NCBI RefSeq assembly: GCF_000195855.1
Contig: NC_002677.1
Coordinates: forward strand, 480,001-512,000
Origin: Mycobacterium leprae TN
Lineage (GTDB): Bacteria > Actinomycetota > Actinomycetes > Mycobacteriales > Mycobacteriaceae
Length of the DNA: 32,000 bases
Reading direction: 5' to 3'
Part shown: positions 23,217 through 32,000 of the stretch, one piece after another
Position numbering within the stretch: the first letter of the stretch is position 1
Layout of the letters: each line of letters starts with the position of its first letter
Made by a program: the position numbers and the translations under genes
The notes under the pieces: model-generated
What the model was told of the DNA's origin: nothing
Seen by the model: only the letters and a program-made list of their open reading frames with translations
Database searches by the model: none

Positions 23217-24401
23217 ATGAGCGGCGCATTCATCATCGATCCGACGTTAAAGGCCATTGAAGCTTGGCATGCACTCCTGGGGATAGGAGTACCCAATGAC
23301 GGGGGAGTGCTCTACTCTTCATTATCGTTCTTCGAAAAAGCGCTTGAGCACCTGGCGGCGGCGTTTCCTGGTGACGGCTGGCTAGGCTCTGCCGCGGATA
23401 AATACGCCGGCCAAAACCGTAAACGGGTGGACATTTTTCAGGAGCTGGCTGAGCTGGATAAAGAGCTTATCGAGCTAATCCATAACCAGGCCAACTCGGT
23501 CCAGACGACACGCGGCATCCTGGATGGCGCGAAGAAGGCGCTCCTGTTCGTGCGTCCGGTGGCTATAGACCTGAACTACATCCCGCTTGTCGGATCTGTC
23601 ATGTCGGCTTCCATACAGGCTCAGGCCTGCGCAGCTGCCATGGCCGCAGTGAGCGGCGGGCTTGCTTACCTACTCGTCCAGACTGCGATCCATACGGCTA
23701 AATTCGTTGCTTTGCTGGCTCGGTTGGCGCACCTGTTGGCGTCCGCTGTCGCGGACGTAGTTTCGGACGGAGTAGCGATCATAAAGGGCATTGTGGATCA
23801 CCTATGGCATTTTATAGCGGGCGCGTTAACGGGCCTGAAGGATATTGTGGAAAAGATCATCCATTGGTTTTTTGGACTGTTCTCGCACTGGTGGTCGAGA
23901 CTGCACTCCTTCTTTGGAGGCATCCCTGGCCTGAGTGGTGCGACTAGCGGCTTGTCCCAGGTGACCGGTTTGTTTGGTGTTCCCGGTTTGGCCGGTTCGT
24001 CCGGGTTACTAAGCGGCGAGAGCTTATTGAGCACAGAAAACTTACCCAGCCTGGCCGGAGTTGGGGCCGGGCTCGGCTTAGGGAGCTTGCCGCAACTGGC
24101 TCAGCTGCATGCCGCCTCGACTCGGCAGGGAACACGTTCCCAAGCCGGTGTTTCGGCCGAACTCTCTACGGAGCAGTTTGGCGGACAGCAGGAGCCGGTC
24201 TCCGCACAGGGCTCTCAAGGTATGGGCGGCTCTCAAGGTATGGGCGGCATGACTCCCGCTTCGACGAAGTCGAAAAAAGATGAGCGGAAGAAGAAGAAGT
24301 ACTCGGAAGGCGCAGCAGCGGGCACAGACGATGCGGAGCGTGCGCCAATCGAAGTTCAATCAGGCGGTGGTAAACGGGCGTTGGCACAACACGTCGTTTA
24401 A
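23217..24401 (+). CDS. espA: ESX-1 secretion-associated protein EspA
   Basis: 394 aa; FIIDPTLKAIEAWHALLGIGVPNDGGVLYSSLSFFEKALEHLAAAFPGDGWLGSAADKYAGQNR, GATSGLSQVTGLFG, YSEGAAAGTDDAERAPIE. Confidence 0.95.
   Translation: MSGAFIIDPTLKAIEAWHALLGIGVPNDGGVLYSSLSFFEKALEHLAAAFPGDGWLGSAADKYAGQNRKRVDIFQELAELDKELIELIHNQANSVQTTRGILDGAKKALLFVRPVAIDLNYIPLVGSVMSASIQAQACAAAMAAVSGGLAYLLVQTAIHTAKFVALLARLAHLLASAVADVVSDGVAIIKGIVDHLWHFIAGALTGLKDIVEKIIHWFFGLFSHWWSRLHSFFGGIPGLSGATSGLSQVTGLFGVPGLAGSSGLLSGESLLSTENLPSLAGVGAGLGLGSLPQLAQLHAASTRQGTRSQAGVSAELSTEQFGGQQEPVSAQGSQGMGGSQGMGGMTPASTKSKKDERKKKKYSEGAAAGTDDAERAPIEVQSGGGKRALAQHVV
24210..24245 (+). repeat. 18-bp perfect tandem duplication (GGCTCTCAAGGTATGGGC x2) inside espA encoding GSQGMG-GSQGMG
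   Basis: Read directly from the sequence. Confidence 0.92.
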
Positions 24402-24467
24402 CAATATATGGCGAGCTAGATCCATTGTGAACCGGCGCTGTAGCAAGAGACGGAAGGGATGCGATCA

Positions 24468-24779
24468 ATGATAGATAACTTGACGGTTCAGAGCGAACAC
24501 CTGAATTCCTTGGCCTCGCAACATGAAAACGAGGCGGCTTGTGCCTCCTCCGGCGTCAGTGCTGCCGCCGGACTCGCCAACGCAGTCTCGACCAGTCATG
24601 GTTCGTACTGCGCCCAGTTCAATGACACGTTAAAAATGTATGAGGACGCCCACCGAACTCTTGGCGAGTCCTTGCATACGGGCGGTATTGATCTCGCTAG
24701 GGTTCTGCGAGTTGCGGCGGCCATGTATTGTGACGCTGACGAAATATGTGGATCAGATATCAAGTCGGCGTTTGGCTGA
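24468..24779 (+). CDS. espC: ESX-1 secretion-associated protein EspC
   Basis: 103 aa from ATG 24468: MIDNLTVQSEHLNSLASQHENEAACASSGV...YCAQFNDTL...SLHTGGIDLARVLRVAAAMYCDADEI; YxxxD motif (YCDAD). Confidence 0.94.
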   Translation: MIDNLTVQSEHLNSLASQHENEAACASSGVSAAAGLANAVSTSHGSYCAQFNDTLKMYEDAHRTLGESLHTGGIDLARVLRVAAAMYCDADEICGSDIKSAFG

Positions 24780-24873
24780 CCAAGTTCGTTGCATGGGAAG
24801 TAGACGTCGGATTAACCGACGTCTACTTCCCATGTCGACTTTTCCTGCGTGGCAGGAATTCAGGAGGGATGTC

Positions 24874-25443
24874 GTGGTGGTGTTCCCCGGAAACGACTTC
24901 GACCGCGATGATTGCGACACCGTGGATCCCTGGGGCGTCGGCGGTGCGGCGCACTGGACTATAGATCCGATTGTTGGCTTTGCGTCGTCGTCGGCGCCCC
25001 AGGACCGCGGAACCGACGTAGACAACACCCGCGGTCAGGCTGAGGAGGATGAAAAACAAAAGGAGCCAGAGGTCGCAATTTTCACGGTGACGAACCCCCC
25101 ACGTACCGTGTCGGTATCGGTGCTGATGGACGGCCGGATCGACCATGTTGAGCTTTCGAAGAGGGTGACATGGATGAGTGAATCACAGGTCGCCTCCGAG
25201 ATCCTGGTTCTTGCTGACTTGGCGCGGCAGAAGGCGCAGTCGGCCCAGTACACTTTCATCCTAGACAAACTGAGTCAACTGGCCGATGGAGATGAGCACC
25301 GCGTCGCACTGTTACGTGAATCCGTGGGCAATACCTGGAATTTGCCGTCGCCGGAACAAGCCGCAGAGGCAGAAGCTGAAGTATTCGCAACTCGTTACAG
25401 TGACTATTGTCCTGCACAAGATACAGAGAATGATCAATGGTGA
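24874..25443 (+). CDS. espD: ESX-1 secretion-associated protein EspD
   Basis: GTG start after AGGAGG; FPGNDFD...VTNPPRTVSVSVLMDGRIDHVELSKRV.WMSESQVASEILVLADLARQKAQSAQY...RYSDYCPAQD. The track ORF starting at 24640 overlaps espC and is probably over-extended. Confidence 0.92.
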   Translation: MVVFPGNDFDRDDCDTVDPWGVGGAAHWTIDPIVGFASSSAPQDRGTDVDNTRGQAEEDEKQKEPEVAIFTVTNPPRTVSVSVLMDGRIDHVELSKRVTWMSESQVASEILVLADLARQKAQSAQYTFILDKLSQLADGDEHRVALLRESVGNTWNLPSPEQAAEAEAEVFATRYSDYCPAQDTENDQW

Positions 25444-25779
25444 ACCTGATCCAGTCCGGTGAGTTCGGAGACTCTGGTCCGTCCTGCGTTGTGCAGAGTT
25501 GTGGTCCTGGGTTTCATGCTGTCGGGACGGGCTTCTCTAACTCGATCCGGTCAGCCTACTGGATAAATCATAAATCGGTGCCTGAGTTAGGACATTGCAG
25601 ATTGGGGGAGTGTGTCCAGCAAGGGTGGGTGTATTAAGTCAGGCTGTGAGTTGAGGACCGGCATGTCGTAGTCGGATGGATTGAGTGTAATCGCGTGATT
25701 CATCGAGAGACCTAGCAAAGTAACTTGAGCAAAGGAATTAACGCGATGATCAATTCCTACGATATTCACTTGGCCTCAG

Positions 25780-26735
25780 TTACTGGCTGAACGACTCACT
25801 GTCACCCACCCTGATGTGCTGTGCGAACTGCTGACTAAGTTCATTTACGCGCCGATGGGCGTTGAACCCGACGCAGCGTGCCGGGACGGCCTATGATCAG
25901 TGCAGTGCTACGCGTGCCAATCAGCTGCAGTGGCTGTCGGTCGGACACCGTCAATTCGATATTCGTGCAAGCACGCTGGATGTAGCGATCTCCAAGTTGC
26001 GGCAGGATTCCTAATTCTACTTCCCGGATTGGCTCTTGGAGCTCCGCAAACGTGCCGAGAAGGCATTGGACCTGTTTGTCTGCTGGGTGTGTCCACCCCG
26101 GCGGATGGGTAAATTCGTCGAAACCTTCGGGACCAGTGGGCCTGTCGAAGTCTCAAGTCAGCGTGATGGCTAAGGAACTCGACACCGTTGTGGATGCCTT
26201 TCGTACCTGTCCGCTCGATGCTGGCCCCTACACTCATGGCTTGACTGATGTGCTGGTTTCGAGGTTCGTGAGGCCGGTCCCGTGTGGTCAATGTGCATGC
26301 TCTGATCACCACTGATGTCAACGCCGAGGGCTACCGCGAAACTCTTGGTTGTGGATGCGACCACCGCCGAAGACGGGGTCGGTTGGTTGAAGTTTCTGCG
26401 GTCGCTGACCGCCCGCTGGCTTTCCGGCGTGGCTACCTCGGTCACCAGCGATGCCCACGCCGGACTGCTCGCCACAATCAGGGCCAGCCGCCCGGCGTGT
26501 TCTGGCAACGCTGTCGCATCTATTTAGGCCACCAACCTCATGGCCTGCGCACCCACGGCTTCCTGACCGTGGGTGCGTACCCTGCTACACTACTCGGTGT
26601 TTGATCAACCCGATGTGGAATCCGCTGCCGTGCAATATGATCGGGTCATCGATGTATTGATCGACAAGTTGGCCCGGGTTGCTGATAACCGCGAAGCAGC
26701 CCACGCGGGTCTGCTGGCATTCATTCCGTGAACTA
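25780..26735 (+). pseudogene. IS256-family (IS1081-like) transposase relic, C-terminus missing
   Basis: RQFDIRASTLDVAISKLRQDS*FYFPDWLLELRKRAEKAL, ELDTVVDAFRTCPLDAGPYT, TDVNAEGYRETLG, TAEDGVGWLKFLRSLTARWLSGVATSVTSDAHAGLLATI, across multiple frames. Confidence 0.8.
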
Positions 26736-26759
26736 ACCTGGTTCTGCTGGAGACGGCTA

Positions 26760-28000
26760 AATAATCTAGACCACCTCGGTCGAGGTGACCATTTGATCAT
26801 AGCGTTGCTTGTACTCCACCGGAGGTCCGTCCTCGATTCGGTAAATGCGAGGCTGGGCGTGTTGTGCCAGTGTACCCGTTTGGCGGTCTCACGTTCCAAT
26901 TCGGCTCGGCCAGTGAAGGTGGCTTTCTCACCGACGAGATGCGATTTATACAATCCTACAGCAGATTCCATCTATGCGTTATCGAATGCGTCGCCGACAT
27001 TGCCGATAGAGTCGACGATCCCGGCCTAGCGCAGTACTTCAGTGAATGGGTGAATGCGATCGCCGTGTACTGATCACCTACATCCGAGTGGCGCACTAAA
27101 ATCCATTGCAAAGAAACGTAACTCGTAGTACTTCCGGATGAATAGCGCTTGCTCAAACAGCGATGTCACCAACACCGTGGTCTTGCTGGTTCTTCCTGGC
27201 CACCCCGGGATGCGGCGGGAGAACACATCCACGCAGAACGCTGTGTAGCCACACCTCATACAGCGTCTAAACATACGTGAAATCGGCGACTCAACTACTG
27301 ATCCAGGCACCTTGGCGTTGACTAGGCCCGGTTGATCAGGTACTCGGTGTCCCGGTGGCGCCTGTTTGTCATGTTCGGTCGTGCGGGTGATGCGCTTATC
27401 GCGCACGATACCGTCGAGGCCGGCCAGACACATCACCCGCGCTACCCCGATATCATGATCATGCCTCCAGTCGTGGCCTGCGCGTTTGGCGGTGTTCCTG
27501 AGCTTGCGCACGCCGTAGACGCGCCGGTTGGCTACACACAGGTCGAACATGGTGCTCGCCCATCACCATTAGGGGTCGTCAACATCAGCTGCCGATACCA
27601 GTCTCTGCTGCATGACGGCATACTAGTTAGGTGGACAAGGCGGTCCGCTCGGGCAGTGCTGGGTAAATCGGGTCAACCCCGAACTTGTCGCGGTAGGTAT
27701 CAATGTATTCGACGATCACCGTAGTTGGCGGTCGACTTTCGCCGTTGCGAAAAGCACTCGCGGTTCATAGATTTCATTGGGCACACTTGAGTTCTCGGAC
27801 TTCGCGCTCGAGTTCTGCGATCCGGCTGACATCATTAGATGTCGTGCTAGGGTGCGCGTCACTATAAAAAAACAATCTCGTCTCGGCACGCCTTGACCCA
27901 TGTCCGCAACGTCTCAGGATGCACACCGGACTGTTCGGCGATTGGCTTGATCGGGCCCCCTTGCGGTTGCCGTGGAGCACGGCGAGCTGTCTACGCGTCA
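26760..28000 (-). mobile_element. Degenerate IS3-family element (orfA tail plus orfB)
   Basis: Minus-strand: SRIAELEREVRELKCAQ (orfA end); TVIVEYIDTYRDKFGVDPI; RRVYGVRKLRNTAKRAGHD...YTAFCVDVFSRRIPGW...VTSLFEQALFIRK; MESAVGLYKSHLVG...TGRAELERETAKRVHWHNT. Confidence 0.8.
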
Positions 28001-28326
28001 TCCGCGTCGCTTACTCTCTCAGCTCCTCCGAGTGCTTCCGCTGCGCTACCACACCTCAATCTTCTCCGGGTGATAAGAGTCACCAGCGAAGCTGGGATAG
28101 TTCAGTTGATTCTGGCTGACCGGCAAGTCTATGATACATTCCGTGTATTAGAGAGACCCCTTTATTCCAATGGATCTATGATGCGGATGGTGTTGAAAGG
28201 TTAGTCATTTAGTGCACTTAGCACCACTAAAGTCATAGGCCAGAAAGCTTAGGTGACTTAGACTACCTGAGTTTTGTCCTTTCAGTTGTTTGGATTTATT
28301 TAATTTTCGAGGAGGGTTTTATAGTT

Positions 28327-28629
28327 ATGTCCTTTTTTCTGAGAGTAGAAGTAGGTGGGTTGATGATGGCAGCCGGCAGATTGGAGCGCATTACCTCCGA
28401 GTCTATGGCATGCAATGCCAAGCTTACTCCTGTAACCACCAAGGTTGTCCCACCGGCCGCCGACCAAGTGTCGAAGCTAGTATCGCAGGTATTTAGTTCC
28501 TACGGGAAGCAGTACGAGGGGTATGCCGCTCAGGGTGTAGACCAGAGTCGGTTGTTTGTCCAGAGTCTGAAAGATGCCGCAGGTGATTATATGGACAGTG
28601 ATCATATGTATCTAAACACAGAGGATTAA
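28327..28629 (+). CDS. PE family protein
   Basis: 100 aa; MSFFLRVEVGGLMMAAGRLERITSESMACNAKLTPVTTKVVPPAADQVSKLVSQVFSSYGKQYEGYAAQ aligns with PE N-domain; followed by a PPE-like gene; GAGGAGG RBS upstream. Confidence 0.85.
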   Translation: MSFFLRVEVGGLMMAAGRLERITSESMACNAKLTPVTTKVVPPAADQVSKLVSQVFSSYGKQYEGYAAQGVDQSRLFVQSLKDAAGDYMDSDHMYLNTED

Positions 28630-28754
28630 GCCTCCTAAGTGTTGGAGTGTTAAGCCTCACTGTGGGGCATCGTATTGTGTGAAGTTTCTGGCGGTATCGG
28701 AGTGGCTACCGGCGAGTAGGAAGATTATAGAGAAGATATAGAGGTAACAAAATC

Positions 28755-29981
28755 ATGTTCGACTTCATGGTGTATTCGCCCGAGGTCAATGCTTTTCTTA
28801 TGAGTCGTGGCCCGGGTTCTACTCCTCTATGGGGCGCCGCTGAGGCATGGATTAGTCTGGCAGAGCAGTTAATGGAGGCGGCGCAGGAAGTGTCGGACAC
28901 AATAGTCGTCGCGGTGCCGGCGTCATTTGCGGGCGAGACGTCGGATATGTTAGCCAGCCGTGTCAGCACTTTTGTGGCGTGGCTGGATGGTAACGCCGAG
29001 AATGCCGGGCTGATTGCTCGCGTCCTCCACGCAGTGGCATACGCCTTCGAGGAGGCGCGTGCGGGCATGGTGCCACTGCTGACGGTGCTCGGGAACATCA
29101 TACACACCATGGCGCTGAAGGCAATAAACTGGTTCGGGCAAGTATCTACCACGGTCGCGGCTTTGGAAGCCGACTACGATCTGATGTGGGTCCAAAACTC
29201 GACGGCAATGACGACCTATCGGGATACCGTGCTCAGAGAAACGGGAAAAATGGAAAATTTTGAACCAGCACCGCAGTTGGTCTCTAGATATTGCATGGAT
29301 CGGCGGGATTCCGTTAATTCGTTTCATTCTTCGTCTTCGTCCGATTCACTTTACGAATCAATCGATAATCTGTATGACTCGGTGGCTCAGTCCGAAGAAC
29401 ACGGATCGGACAGTATGTCCCAATCGTACAATACGTGTGGATCGGTCGCTCAGTCTGAATTGTGCGATTCGCCGTTTGGCACCCCTTCTCAGAGCTCTCA
29501 GAGCAACGACCTTTCTGCTACGAGCCTTACACAGCAGTTGGGAGGCCTGGACAGTATCATATCGAGTGCTAGTGCAAGTCTGCTTACAACGAACAGCATA
29601 AGCAGCTCGACGGCAAGTAGTATTATGCCTATAGTGGCTTCTCAGGTTACAGAAACACTGGGTCGAAGTCAAGTGGCTGTGGAGAAAATGATACAGTCGA
29701 TTAGCAGCACCGCGGTGAGCGTGGATGTGGCGGCCAGTAAAGTGGTTGCCGGCGTAGGTCAGGCTGTGTCGGTTGGTGCTTTGCGGGTGCCGGAAAATTG
29801 GGCCACGGCCAGTCAGCCGGTCATGGCGACGGCGCACTCAGTGCCGGCAGGCTGCAGCGCGATTACCACGGCAGTAAGCGGGCCGCTGGAAGGGGTGACT
29901 CAGCCTGCTGAGGAAGTTCTCACGGCTTCCGTTGCCGGCGGCAGTGGGACTGGAGGTCCGGCCTTCAACGAAGCGGTTTGA
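28755..29981 (+). CDS. PPE-like serine-rich protein (matches my recollection of the M. leprae 45 kDa serine-rich antigen)
   Basis: 408 aa; MFDFMVYSPEVNAFLMSRGPGSTPLWGAAEAW PPE-type N-domain; Ser-rich central part FHSSSSSDSLYESIDNLYDSVAQSEEHGSDSMSQS. Confidence 0.92.
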   Translation: MFDFMVYSPEVNAFLMSRGPGSTPLWGAAEAWISLAEQLMEAAQEVSDTIVVAVPASFAGETSDMLASRVSTFVAWLDGNAENAGLIARVLHAVAYAFEEARAGMVPLLTVLGNIIHTMALKAINWFGQVSTTVAALEADYDLMWVQNSTAMTTYRDTVLRETGKMENFEPAPQLVSRYCMDRRDSVNSFHSSSSSDSLYESIDNLYDSVAQSEEHGSDSMSQSYNTCGSVAQSELCDSPFGTPSQSSQSNDLSATSLTQQLGGLDSIISSASASLLTTNSISSSTASSIMPIVASQVTETLGRSQVAVEKMIQSISSTAVSVDVAASKVVAGVGQAVSVGALRVPENWATASQPVMATAHSVPAGCSAITTAVSGPLEGVTQPAEEVLTASVAGGSGTGGPAFNEAV

Positions 29982-30185
29982 GCGTGAGTGAGGTTGGTTG
30001 AACAATTATCGAGGTGCTAGTTGGTCATAGTGTTAGCTTTTTTGATACGTGCATAAGACCATCCCGTCACACACCTCGTGTAAGCAGTTTCGTGATGTTT
30101 GTGAAATGTTTGATTCGTCTGTTGATCGGGTTGTACGAAATGGCCTGAGTGGTCGTCTGCCTCCAAGTCACATTTGCTATGTTAT

Positions 30186-30220
30186 GAGCACGAAGCCCAC
30201 ATCTTGTGGGCTTCGTGCTC
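30186..30220. terminator. Strong perfect hairpin (16-bp stem, 3-nt loop), candidate intrinsic terminator downstream of PE/PPE
   Basis: GAGCACGAAGCCCACA-TCT-TGTGGGCTTCGTGCTC read directly; no clear U-tract, which is common for mycobacterial terminators. Confidence 0.55.
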
Positions 30221-32000
30221 CAAGCTTTGAGCATGCATCTCAAAACCACTTGCCAAATTGAGTTGCACTTAGGACTCTAAAATGTTTCGTGCGTACATGA
30301 TGAACCAGGTTACGTAGATTCGAGTGCTTTTATTATAGCTTTTCACGTCTTTTCGATAGCGGAGATCAGGTTACGTTTCGGATGCTGTGCCAGTCCACCA
30401 GCTTCCAACTGTTAATTGGGCTCCTGGTGATCATCACCCGGCCGATGTTCGGTAAGGGATGGCTGATCAACAGCTTGTCTTTACCGTTCTTCACGTTCAT
30501 CAGCGTCCAGACCATGATCGCCGCACCCTATGACCCTATGAGGAGAAACACACTTGCTTGTGGTGGCCGCTGTTTGTAGATTCTCCAAGTGGCGGCACGG
30601 AACGCAGAATTGAAATTCTTGCCGTTAGGTCGATCCCGGAATGCCGTTCTGGACATCACTGTTAATATCCAATCTGCCGGCACCAGTAAATACGTTGAGT
30701 TTGGTTATTGTCTTGGGTTTTGTCGTTGTACCAGCCGGCGTCGATAAACTGTAGGCTACTTAGGATCTCGACCGGCTTACCGAGCTAGCTGGCCAACGGT
30801 GCGGCGGTTTTCTGGGCTTGTTCTTTGCTATCCGGGGTAAGGCTGGGACTGGGTATGTCCGGTGGCGATGACCCTGTTTGCGTTATCCATAGGATTAGGC
30901 GTTTCGGATAAAGGTAAACATGATGCTGCGTGCATGTGTTGTTCCGCCGCAGGCTTCGACGATTACCGTTGTGTCCAGCACGGTCGGCATGTTTTCCAGA
31001 TCATGGTGCGGTTGAGTGTGGCAATAGTCTGCTTTGGACTGACCGTGTCAATGTGTTTTGCGATGGTTAGATGCAGAAAAGATGGAGGCTTGAATATTTC
31101 CCTTTAAGGGAGACTCGTATAGCAAAAGACCTGCTGCCATCGGCGTGGTGACGGAGCCAATGCTGACCGAACTGACGAACCAAAATACCATAACTGTATG
31201 CTCTCGGCGTCGATGTTGGAATCGAGAATCTGTCCTTCATCACAGATAACAGTCACGACATCACCTCAGCAGGTATTTTCCACCTAATGTTGTGATTTGT
31301 TGTCTGGCGTTCGGGGTGGCGACAAAGATCGGAAAGTTTAACAAATGAGCCTTGCGTCTTACACAGATCACAGGCCATCCGGTTACATACGCCGTTGCCG
31401 GCCGCCGGAAGGCTGTCGGTGGATCACCGTAGGTCGTTGAGCTGCAGGGACAAGGGCGAGGAGCAGGAACCCGATCGTTGTGTTGTGTGGCCGCGATACG
31501 GGCCCGGAATCTGGGATGCTGAATCGCTAATACGCGGACCACGCTGGTCATCTAGGGTTTGGGGGAGTGTTGGGGCAACGGCCGGCGGCACCGGATTTTC
31601 TGGATCGTGAGTGCGACGCTCGAATCGTGCTGTCCACTTGTGAAGATTAGGCGTTGATTTACCTCCTTATCTGATGACCGTAATCCGTTGTTTATAGTGA
31701 TCCGTGGTTTGCCTGAGAGGATTAGCCGGGTTTCTCAAGCCGATCCTGTACGTATTGTCCCGTTACGGTGTACCGGGCCGAGCGTTGGTCGTCGAGTTGG
31801 GTAAAGGTTTGGCGCCTAATATCAGCTCGATTTACCTCACCGGTGTTTCCCGGCGAGACGCTGACCACCTTGATTTGGAGAACCGAGCCAGGGCGGACGG
31901 TGTTTCGTACTGAGGTCGTTGGCTTTGGCGGCGACGAAATGCGGGTGGTGCTGAAAGACGGGGCGGTTGGAGTACCTGCCGGCCTAGCGTTGAGTGTCAC

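Noticed and set aside
24640-24873. N-terminal extension of the espD ORF overlapping espC
   Set aside because: AGGAGG plus GTG at 24874 fits the family start; the extension is out-of-frame espC sequence.
25443-25637. 66 aa ORF directly after espD as a possible Rv3613c/Rv3612c counterpart
   Set aside because: Position is suggestive but the sequence does not give recognisable similarity.
29358-29837. 159 aa minus-strand ORF opposite the PPE-like gene
   Set aside because: Shadow ORF generated by the Ser-rich coding region; no family features.

Overview
The window looks like a Mycobacterium leprae (or very close relative) chromosomal segment: intact house-keeping genes separated by decayed gene relics. 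Identification is from recalled family sequences; no database search was run. Intact CDSs: DUF5319-type protein (-), guaB2 (+), guaB3 (+), choD-like GMC oxidoreductase (+), a GH65/beta-phosphoglucomutase-like HAD pair (-), guaA (+), ino1 (-), a PAS-GGDEF protein fused in one reading frame to a complete-looking RbsC-type sugar ABC permease (-), a type I periplasmic-binding lipoprotein (-), espA-espC-espD (+), and a PE/PPE-like pair whose second member matches my memory of the serine-rich 45 kDa leprosy antigen (+). Recognisable pseudogenes: TauD/Rv3406-like dioxygenase, TetR, a UbiE-like methyltransferase, imuA' and imuB (with a possible relic SOS box), a nucleoside hydrolase (iunH), a mycolic-acid cyclopropane synthase, an IS256/IS1081-like transposase and an IS3-family element. 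Best candidate for an undescribed system: the ino1 / PAS-GGDEF-permease / sugar-binding lipoprotein cluster. It contains no visible ABC ATPase, and its permease has an apparently catalytic diguanylate cyclase with a canonical inhibitory-site spacing fused to its N-terminus. Second: an extremely AT-rich block of about 420 bp directly upstream of espACD.
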